IMG/VR virus record: IMGVR_UViG_3300017814_000184
DNA from: a virus
Length of the DNA stretch: 21,351 bases
Reading direction: 5' to 3' (one strand)
Below, in pieces: positions 9,434 through 16,129 of the stretch. Position 1 is the stretch's first letter, and the number at the start of each line of letters is the position of its first letter. The notes under the pieces were generated by a model, which ran no database searches, was not told the DNA's origin, and was given only the letters and a program-made list of their open reading frames with translations. A program made the position numbers and the translations under genes.

Positions 9434-9637
9434 TTATGTGTCCCGCATTTTGTCCTCAAGGATGAGGCGCTTGAGATAGGCACCCTTGTCTGGCTGCTGT
9501 TCAAACCATTCCAGGGCTTCGGTGTCGCGCAGGGAAAACTGGAATGTGAAACGCCGAACCCGGTGGCGGTAATCTTCCTGGGCGGCTTTCCGTGCAGCAA
9601 GGAGTTCCTCCGGGGTTTTGGTTTTCTTCTTCGGCAT
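9434..9637 (-). CDS. Small ribbon-helix-helix-like DNA-binding protein
   Basis: Alternating strand RFTFQF followed by two short helices (DTEALEWFEQQ, KGAYLKRLILED); GAGGAG RBS. Fold is inferred. Confidence 0.55.
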   Translation of the reverse strand: MPKKKTKTPEELLAARKAAQEDYRHRVRRFTFQFSLRDTEALEWFEQQPDKGAYLKRLILEDKMRDT

Positions 9638-9640
9638 AGG

Positions 9641-9907
9641 TCACTCCTCATCGAAGCCCGACAGCACTTTGCCGATGCGGTCAGCGCCGTAGGCAACATT
9701 CAAGCGAGAGCCGTTGTCCCAGCAGACCAGCACATTGGCGATATCGTCCACGCCGTAAACGGTGCCTTTGGTGCCAACGGGTGGCGCCTGGGGGTCATCC
9801 ATTTGGAGAAGAACGACCCTCGTGCCATTGGGATAACGCTTGCGGAGCCGCTCGACCGTGGTGTGCCGTGTGTATTCCTGCAACTGCTCCAGGGTAAAGT
9901 CAGCCAT
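9641..9907 (-). CDS. DUF4314-like protein
   Basis: YP.GTRV.L..MDDPQAPP.GTKGTV.GVDD....V.WDNGS.L pattern. Confidence 0.8.
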   Translation of the reverse strand: MADFTLEQLQEYTRHTTVERLRKRYPNGTRVVLLQMDDPQAPPVGTKGTVYGVDDIANVLVCWDNGSRLNVAYGADRIGKVLSGFDEE

Positions 9908-10403
9908 AGCAACGCACCTCCTTCAGCATCAGCCGTGCCTTTTTCCTGCCAACGCTGTCGATCAGCGCCTTTTCCAGAACCTTTGCATCGAAGCCGAACC
10001 GAAGGTAGCCCTCCAGGCAGACATCGAAGTAATGGAGCGTGGGACAACCCAGGTCTCGTTCCTCGTGCATGATGTACACCAGGGCTTCCAGGTCGCCGAG
10101 CAGTTCATCTGTGACCAGGGAGCAAAGCGAAACCGTCATGGCCTTTTTGTAGTAGAAGCAGGGGCAACCCTCGTAGCGGTCAAGGTACTGCTCATCCCGC
10201 TCACTGATTTTCCAAACCAGCACCGGGACACTGCATCCCGCTTTGGGTTCAATGGTGAGGTAGCTGCCGGACTGGCTTCCCTTGAACAGAAGCTGGTAGC
10301 CAGTGATTTCGGCTTTGCCGATGTAGATGGCATCGGGACACCGCTGTGCCATTTGGCCCATCGACAGGTTGCTGCCGTAGGCAAGGTAGTATTTTTCGTT
10401 CAT
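9900..10403 (-). CDS. Gamma-glutamylcyclotransferase (AIG2-like) family protein
   Basis: YLAYGSNL signature and LDRYEG.P..Y motif; ATG at 10403 after AAAGGA. Confidence 0.88.
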   Translation of the reverse strand: MNEKYYLAYGSNLSMGQMAQRCPDAIYIGKAEITGYQLLFKGSQSGSYLTIEPKAGCSVPVLVWKISERDEQYLDRYEGCPCFYYKKAMTVSLCSLVTDELLGDLEALVYIMHEERDLGCPTLHYFDVCLEGYLRFGFDAKVLEKALIDSVGRKKARLMLKEVRCYG

Positions 10404-10418
10404 TTGAACCATCCTTTC

Positions 10419-10490
10419 TGAAGGAAAGACCCTTCTACCACCTTAAGACCGCCGAAGCGGTCAGAAGGGGGCCTGCGGCTAATTCCTTCA
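10419..10490 (-). ncRNA. Putative structured intergenic RNA element
   Basis: Nested stems 10419-26/10483-90, 10430-36/10463-69 and 10447-52/10457-62 with a cUUCGg loop; no U-tract. Confidence 0.5.
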
Positions 10491-11435
10491 AGCGGCGCGC
10501 CCGTAGCGGAACGCTGTGTCGCCCTCAAGGTTGCGGGTCAAGATGTCCCTTGCCGTGGCAAATTCCTCGCCAATGAAGCCCAGCCGAAGGAGCCATGTGC
10601 GCATGGCGTACTTGGGGTTGTCGACCTGGGGCTGTTTCGGGCTGGCGCTTTTCGCATCCTTTGCCATTTGGCTCAAGGCGAGGCAAAGCTGGATGTAGCT
10701 TTTGAGTTCTCCTGCGTGAAGCCCACCCTTGCGGTCGCCCTTGGGGTTGGCGAACTGGAAGCAGCGGAACTCGATGGTGCCGTGGGTGAAGCAAGCGTGG
10801 TAGTTGAGCATATGGTAGCGGCTGTTGTTGTAGTGATGGCTGCGACCGTAGTCGGCGTTTTGGCTTTCGTACCAGACATCCGAAAGGGCGCTCATGGTGC
10901 TGGGCTTTCTGCGGTTGAGCGTTTCGAGGAACCGCTGGTCGACCGTTTTGCAGTAGCGGGAAATGCGGCCGCTGTCCAGGCGCATGGAGGAAATCAAAAG
11001 GCTCTCGTGGCCCGCCATGATGTTGGCAAGGTTCCGCAGGGTCTTGGGGGTGTGGTTGCCCAAGCCAATGTGAATGTGAACTCCGCACATATGCGCGGGG
11101 TCGCTTTTCGCTCCGGCGTGGCGAAGCTGGCGGACGATTTCCTGCAAGTCCTCAATGTCATCGTAGCGGAGGATCGGCGTTCCCATTTCGGTTTTCTCGG
11201 CATCGTTTGCGGACTGGATGCTGACATCCCGTGTGATTTTCCAGGTGCGACCCTGGCTGTCTTTGCAGGACCAGGAATCGTAGTTGCCGTAGTCGTGGCT
11301 GACGGTGTCTTCGGTGTGGTAGTAGGCGGCGATGGTCTTGCAAGCGTTCTGGCGGGTGATGTTGTACATCTCAATCTCGACCCCGATGGTCTGGTCTTTC
11401 ATTGCTGCGATTTGGTTCATGGTCTTTTCGTTCAT
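10488..11435 (-). CDS. Putative amidoligase (COOH-NH2 ligase, Amidoligase_2-like)
   Basis: IGVEIE, CGVHIH and TIEFR motifs; adjacent GGCT gene is the established partner. Confidence 0.88.
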   Translation of the reverse strand: MNEKTMNQIAAMKDQTIGVEIEMYNITRQNACKTIAAYYHTEDTVSHDYGNYDSWSCKDSQGRTWKITRDVSIQSANDAEKTEMGTPILRYDDIEDLQEIVRQLRHAGAKSDPAHMCGVHIHIGLGNHTPKTLRNLANIMAGHESLLISSMRLDSGRISRYCKTVDQRFLETLNRRKPSTMSALSDVWYESQNADYGRSHHYNNSRYHMLNYHACFTHGTIEFRCFQFANPKGDRKGGLHAGELKSYIQLCLALSQMAKDAKSASPKQPQVDNPKYAMRTWLLRLGFIGEEFATARDILTRNLEGDTAFRYGRAA

Positions 11436-11460
11436 AATATGTACTTCCTTTCGGCGTTTT

Positions 11461-11537
11461 GTTTTCCCTTTCGGTAGTCACATATTCGCTCTAAAAGCAC
11501 ATATTATCCAGTCAATTCGCAGACATATAGTACACAA
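11461..11537 (-). repeat. Conserved promoter-like element, copy 2
   Basis: Matches 9333-9409; upstream of the amidoligase gene. Confidence 0.85.
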
Positions 11538-11572
11538 TCATTTGGGGCAGAAATTGTGTGTATTACCGCACT

Positions 11573-12376
11573 TTATGCCTCGTTAGCATCTGCTTCGGAG
11601 ACCGCCCTGTCAGCCTTTCTGGCGGCGCGCTTGGCCTTCTGCTCGGCCTTGAACCTGTCTGCCTCCTCGGCGGTACGGAACGCCGTGTGGCCCTTCAACC
11701 CCGCCAGCAGGGCTTTGCGGGAATCCTTGCCCCCTTGCCCGGTCAGCCCAAGCTGAAGCAGCCAAATGCGGAGGTAGTATTTCTCGTTCTCCGGTTCGAC
11801 CTTGGCGGGGTTGATGCGGTGGGCTTCCTTGGCCCTGGCGACCATCATGGCAGAAATCTCGGCGTAGGCGCGGTTCTTGGTTCCGTCCTCGGATACGGGG
11901 AAGGTAAACTCAACCTCGCCAGGTGCGAAAGCAATACCTTTCCATTCGCCAGTGTCTGCGGAAAGGATGGAACTGAACACGCCAGGTTCATCGGTGGGGT
12001 TGGTTTCCAAGGCTTCCACCAGGGAGTCGCTGATGGCGAAGGTCTCACGGCCGGTGACCCGGTTCAGCAGATACTGCCGAGCGTGGATCGTGTAGACCAG
12101 GTTTCGCATGATCTGGACATTTTCGGTGTCCAGCGGAACTTTGATGCAGAGTTCCTGGACTTCGGGTTCCACGAAGCCCTGCTCGATGAGCTGCTCTTTC
12201 AATGTGTCACAACCTTCCTCAGTGTCGCTGCTGATCGTGCTGTTGCGGTCGATGGTAAATGCGCCGACCGTGTAGGCAAAGGACGGAGGGCCAGCGTAGT
12301 GGATCTCCTCACCTGTGATTGCGGCGATAGCTTTGACCAGGGTTTTCCGGTCAGTGGTGTTGGTTTCGATTTTCAT
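11573..12376 (-). CDS. Phage 'virulence-related' hypothetical protein with amidoligase-like C-terminal domain
   Basis: RK.LVKAI...Y.GPPSFAY.VG N-terminus; C-terminal NEKYYLRIWLLQLG...LKGHTAFR parallels the amidoligase C-terminus. Confidence 0.75.
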   Translation of the reverse strand: MKIETNTTDRKTLVKAIAAITGEEIHYAGPPSFAYTVGAFTIDRNSTISSDTEEGCDTLKEQLIEQGFVEPEVQELCIKVPLDTENVQIMRNLVYTIHARQYLLNRVTGRETFAISDSLVEALETNPTDEPGVFSSILSADTGEWKGIAFAPGEVEFTFPVSEDGTKNRAYAEISAMMVARAKEAHRINPAKVEPENEKYYLRIWLLQLGLTGQGGKDSRKALLAGLKGHTAFRTAEEADRFKAEQKAKRAARKADRAVSEADANEA

Positions 12377-12396
12377 GGTATGTGCCTCCTTTGTTT

Positions 12397-12439
12397 TTTC
12401 GGTAGTACATAAATCACTCTAAAAGGCACATAAGTCAAG
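12397..12439 (-). promoter_or_regulatory. Conserved promoter-like element, shorter divergent copy 3
   Basis: Minus strand CTTGACTTATGTGCCTTTTAGAGTGATTTATGTACTACCGAAA shares TTTTAGAG.GA, TATGT and CTACCGAAA with copies 1 and 2. Confidence 0.65.
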
Positions 12440-12441
12440 CG

Positions 12442-13761
12442 TTATTCTTGGGCTGCGGAAACTATTTTTTTGCCGATGGCATAGACCACATTTACCGTCA
12501 CGCCGTTGCCAGCCTGCTTGTAAAGCTGGGCATCGGAATTGACTGCTGCCGCATTGGCAAAGAGGGTGTCGGTAAAGCCTTGCAGCCGGAAGCACTCCTT
12601 GGGGGTGAGTCTGCGGATGCGGACCAGCTTGCCGTTCCACACCACGACACCGACAGCCCCGGAGCAGGAAAGCGCATGGGCAAAGCCCTGCCCGACTCTT
12701 GCCCGGCGGGTGGAGGAATTGGGATAGGCCAAATCTACGGAGTCGCCAGGTCGAGCGGTTTCGTACCCTTGCTTGGTTGCGGAGCGGAGATCGATGGCGG
12801 GGGTGTCCTCGCCGACCTCCAACATCACACCGTGCCGGTCCTGGCTGGTGAGGGTGAACATCGGCTCGTCTGCCTCTTTCATCCTGCGACCGTTCTGCCT
12901 TTTCTCAAGGCGGTCGGGGGTCAAGACCGGGTAGGCTTTGCGGTGCTGCTCCTGGGTTTCTTCGCCAACCTCCAACACACCACTGTTCTGCGCGGTATGC
13001 CGCACCACCCCGGCGTTGTACCGGGCAGTGAGGCAACGGGCGGTATCGGTGATTTTGGGAGCAACGGCGTTCTGGTCAATCAGATACAGCCCGGTCTTGG
13101 CGCCCATGCCACCGGCCTCGCTTGCCAGGGTGGCGGAGATGCCAGAGGGGTCGTAGACCCGGTAACCCTGGGAGCCGCCTATAATCTGCTTAAGATTTCC
13201 ACAGCTTTCTGGGCTGACAGGTAATACTTCTCGTCCACCTCGGCATCTAAGATGTCCGACAGTGTACACTCGCTCTCTGTTTTGGGGGACTCCGTAATCT
13301 TTAGAGTTGAAAATCTGCCACTGGACATCGTACCCAGCTTCGGCCAACTCACAGAGATAATCGAGGAAGTCCCATCCGGCATGGCTGCTGAGAAGTCCTT
13401 TAACATTTTCGAGGATAACCCATTCGGGTCGATCTTCTTCTTTTTTGCCTTTGAGGAGGTCAACGAAGTCAAAAAAGAGTCCACTTCGGTCTCCGTGTAT
13501 TCCGGCTCGTCCTCCCGCAATCGAGACATTCTGACAAGGCGACCCAGCAGTCCATACATCTGCGTGAGGAATGTCATCTGGTCGGATTGCTGTGATGTCA
13601 TCTCCATACCATTCTCCTTCCGTATCGTACATGGCACGGTACGACCGCGCCGCAAATTTATCCTTTTCGCAAAAGCCGACACACCTCATGCCAGCCAGTT
13701 CCAGCCCCTGGCGAAAGCCGCCAATGCCAGAGAAAAAATCAATGAAGGTCATCTGCGCCAT
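12442..13761 (-). CDS. DNA (cytosine-5)-methyltransferase
   Basis: Motifs I FSGIGG, IV GSPCQ, VI ENVKG, VIII QNRERVY, IX RRLTPKECFRLQGF and X YKQAGNGV; long variable region. Confidence 0.95.
   Translation of the reverse strand: MAQMTFIDFFSGIGGFRQGLELAGMRCVGFCEKDKFAARSYRAMYDTEGEWYGDDITAIRPDDIPHADVWTAGSPCQNVSIAGGRAGIHGDRSGLFFDFVDLLKGKKEEDRPEWVILENVKGLLSSHAGWDFLDYLCELAEAGYDVQWQIFNSKDYGVPQNRERVYTVGHLRCRGGREVLPVSPESCGNLKQIIGGSQGYRVYDPSGISATLASEAGGMGAKTGLYLIDQNAVAPKITDTARCLTARYNAGVVRHTAQNSGVLEVGEETQEQHRKAYPVLTPDRLEKRQNGRRMKEADEPMFTLTSQDRHGVMLEVGEDTPAIDLRSATKQGYETARPGDSVDLAYPNSSTRRARVGQGFAHALSCSGAVGVVVWNGKLVRIRRLTPKECFRLQGFTDTLFANAAAVNSDAQLYKQAGNGVTVNVVYAIGKKIVSAAQE
13179..13607 (-). CDS. Nested alternative-frame gene; candidate C5-MTase beta-subunit-like polypeptide (142 aa)
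   Basis: AAGGAG RBS (13614-13619) 6 nt before the ATG at 13607; ends in CTLSDILDAEVDEKYYLS, a segment normally found after motif VIII of C5-MTases. Confidence 0.65.
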   Translation of the reverse strand: MEMTSQQSDQMTFLTQMYGLLGRLVRMSRLREDEPEYTETEVDSFLTSLTSSKAKKKKIDPNGLSSKMLKDFSAAMPDGTSSIISVSWPKLGTMSSGRFSTLKITESPKTESECTLSDILDAEVDEKYYLSAQKAVEILSRL

Positions 13762-14995
13762 CAGTGGTCACCTCCGTGTACGGTTTCTGGATCCCGTCCC
13801 GCAGCACAAACACACCCTCGCTGGAACCGACCGACTCCACATACCGCTTGACGATGACATCCACAAACTTGGGGTCAAGTTCAATGCCATAGCAGATGCG
13901 GCCGGTTTCCTCACAGGCAATGAGCGTAGAGCCGGAGCCGAGGAACGGGTCCAGCACAATGCAGTTGCTCATGGAGGAGTTCTGAATGGGATAAGCCATC
14001 AGAGCCACGGGCTTCATGGTAGGGTGGTCTTTGGATGCCTTGGGGCGGTCATATTCCCAAATGGTGGTCTGCTTGCGGTCGGAGTACCACTGGTGCTTGC
14101 CGCCGATTTTCCACCCGAAAAGGCAAGGCTCATGCTGCCACTGATACGGAGAGCGCCCCAACACCAGCGCGTTCTTTTTCCAAATGCAGCACCCGGAAAG
14201 GTAGAATCCGGCATCGTGGAACGCCTGTCGGAAAATGAGGCCCTTGGTATCAGCATGGAACACATAAATGGAAGCATCCTGCTCCATCTGCTGCTCCACA
14301 TTCACGAACATGGCGAACAGGAACTTATAGAAGTCCTCGTCCGGCATATTGTCGTTTTGGATTTTTCCGGCGGTTTCCTGCACATTCACATTGTAGGGCG
14401 GGTCGGTCACCACCAGATTGGCGCGGTTGCCGTTCATCAGCGTGGCGTAGGTGTCGGGCAAGGTGGAGTCGCCGCAGATCAGCCGATGCCGACCAAGCAG
14501 CCACACATCACCGGAGCGGGACATGGTGGGCTTTTGCAGCTCGGCATCCACATCAAAGTCATCCTCCTGGATTTCCTTGTTGTGTACCTTGGAGAACAAC
14601 TGCTCAATCTCCGGTGCCTCGAAGCCCGTGAAATCGGTGTTGAACTGTGCGGTCTGCAAGTCCACGATGAGGTCAGCCAAAAGCTGCTCATTCCAGGCGC
14701 CCGTGATTTTGTTGAGGGCGATGTTCAAAGCCTTGACCTTGGTCTCATCCTCAATGTGTACGACAACGCACTGCACCTCGGTATAGCCCAGGTCTTTCAG
14801 AACCGTTAAACGCTGGTGACCGCCAATGACGGTCATGTCGTAGTTGACGATGATGGGCTCCACATAGCCAAACTCCTGGATGGAACTCTTGATTTTCTCG
14901 TATTCCTTATCTCCCGCCTTCAGCTTCTTGCGGGGGTTATAGGCAGCGGGGCGCAGCGTGTCTACCGACAGCGTTTGCCATTCCATTGCACTCAT
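13739..14995 (-). CDS. ParB-like N-terminal domain fused to N4/N6 DNA methyltransferase (beta class)
   Basis: PAAYNPRK...IGGHQRL ParB/Srx domain; DPPY (motif IV) precedes HPTMKP and DPFLGSGST (motif I); ATG at 14995 overlaps the upstream TGA, with AGGAGG RBS. Confidence 0.92.
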   Translation of the reverse strand: MSAMEWQTLSVDTLRPAAYNPRKKLKAGDKEYEKIKSSIQEFGYVEPIIVNYDMTVIGGHQRLTVLKDLGYTEVQCVVVHIEDETKVKALNIALNKITGAWNEQLLADLIVDLQTAQFNTDFTGFEAPEIEQLFSKVHNKEIQEDDFDVDAELQKPTMSRSGDVWLLGRHRLICGDSTLPDTYATLMNGNRANLVVTDPPYNVNVQETAGKIQNDNMPDEDFYKFLFAMFVNVEQQMEQDASIYVFHADTKGLIFRQAFHDAGFYLSGCCIWKKNALVLGRSPYQWQHEPCLFGWKIGGKHQWYSDRKQTTIWEYDRPKASKDHPTMKPVALMAYPIQNSSMSNCIVLDPFLGSGSTLIACEETGRICYGIELDPKFVDVIVKRYVESVGSSEGVFVLRDGIQKPYTEVTTDGADDLH

Positions 14996-15471
14996 GCATT
15001 TTCCTCCTTCAATTGGGCAGGGCCGACATAAGGCTCTCTGCCATCTTCCTCCCGCCAAAACCTGTCACGGATGTAGCACTCGTGGGAGCAGTATTTTCGG
15101 TTCCTGTTTCCATAGGACAAGAAGGTCTTGCCGCACTTGGCACAGGTCAATTCGTAGTAGGCAGAGGGCTTTCGCTGGATATCCTGCTGGTGGGCAGACC
15201 ACCAATCCCGTCTGCATTTATCTGAGCAGAACTTTCGCTTGCGGCCGGTCGGCTGCTGTTGGATCTCTTTCCCGCAGCAGACACAGGCATTGCCCATCTC
15301 CATCTGCTCTTTCATGTTGACGGTAAGGACGGCGGCAAAGCCGTCCAGCCCGTGGGTCTTGCAGTAGTTGCGGACAATATCACGGGACAGCCCAACGACC
15401 GAAGCAATGGCGCGGTAACCGCCGCCTTGCAGACGAAGGTCGCGTATCTGCTTTGCTTGGAACTCTGTCAT
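14992..15471 (-). CDS. HTH plus double zinc-ribbon protein, putative regulator
   Basis: N-terminal HTH (GYRAIASVVGLSRDIVRNYC); two CxxC...[FY]CSxxC motifs; start MTEF at 15471. Confidence 0.7.
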   Translation of the reverse strand: MTEFQAKQIRDLRLQGGGYRAIASVVGLSRDIVRNYCKTHGLDGFAAVLTVNMKEQMEMGNACVCCGKEIQQQPTGRKRKFCSDKCRRDWWSAHQQDIQRKPSAYYELTCAKCGKTFLSYGNRNRKYCSHECYIRDRFWREEDGREPYVGPAQLKEENA

Positions 15472-15502
15472 TGCTTCACACCCTTTCGCTGAAAAGTAGG
15501 AC

Positions 15503-15546
15503 AAAAAAGGCTGGAAACTTCACGGTTTTGGTGAAGTTTCTCAGCC
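15503..15546 (-). terminator. Intrinsic terminator-like hairpin
   Basis: mRNA GGCUGAGAAACUUCAC-loop-GUGAAGUUUCCAGCC followed by U6. Confidence 0.65.
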
Positions 15547-15664
15547 ATAAAATAAACTTTTACGCAAAAGAACAGCCCCGCTCCTGCGGGTGAAACCCGT
15601 GGAACGGTGGGTGCTTTTGCTGATTTTTATGAATTTCCTGGGCCGTGGCGGCGCTCGGCGGGTA

Positions 15665-15755
15665 TCCCCCCTGTGTAATTCTGCGAAAATTCACACGAAG
15701 GGGGGCGCCGGTCTTTCCACCCCACCACCACAGAGATTTGACCCGCCCCTGGGTG
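15665..15755 (-). other. Putative cos (cohesive end) region
   Basis: Immediately downstream of HNH; minus strand GGGGCGGGTCAAATCTCT...GACCGGCGCCCCCC...GAATTTTCGCAGAATT...GGGGGG resembles cos regions of HNH/P27-TerS phages. Exact cut site cannot be determined. Confidence 0.55.
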
Positions 15756-15763
15756 GGGTGAAA

Positions 15764-16126
15764 TCATTTGTAGTGCCACTGCTGGTATCTGTCCTCGGTC
15801 ATGGTTTTGGAGTCATGACATGGTTTGCAGAGTGCTTGCCAGTTGCTCTCGTCCCAGAAGAGATGCTGGTCGCCTCGATGCGGAACGATGTGGTCGACCA
15901 CGGTTGCCTTGACCAGCTTGCCCTCGGCGAAGCAACGAACGCACAGCGGGTGCGCCTTGAGGTACCTTGCTCTTGCTCTGCGCCAACGGCTGTCGTAACC
16001 TTTCTCCTTTGTGCCACGGACATCATGGGTGTGGAGCGGAGCGTGTTCCTCGCAGTACATCGTGCCGTGGGGAACCAGTCTGTTGCAGCCGGGGTGCTTG
16101 CACGGTGTGTTCGGACGATGCGGCAT
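15764..16126 (-). CDS. HNH endonuclease (terminase-associated)
   Basis: GYDSRW, HPLCVRC, VVDHIVPHRGD and NWQALCKPCHDSKT motifs. Confidence 0.93.
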   Translation of the reverse strand: MPHRPNTPCKHPGCNRLVPHGTMYCEEHAPLHTHDVRGTKEKGYDSRWRRARARYLKAHPLCVRCFAEGKLVKATVVDHIVPHRGDQHLFWDESNWQALCKPCHDSKTMTEDRYQQWHYK

Positions 16127-16129
16127 GGC

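Noticed and set aside
10479-10490. UGA read-through or selenocysteine recoding at the amidoligase stop next to a hairpin
   Set aside because: An in-frame UAG follows after two more codons, so no meaningful extension results.
12442-16126. Restriction-modification system with HNH as restriction enzyme
   Set aside because: The HNH has the size and motifs of terminase-associated packaging nucleases; the MTases appear to be orphans.
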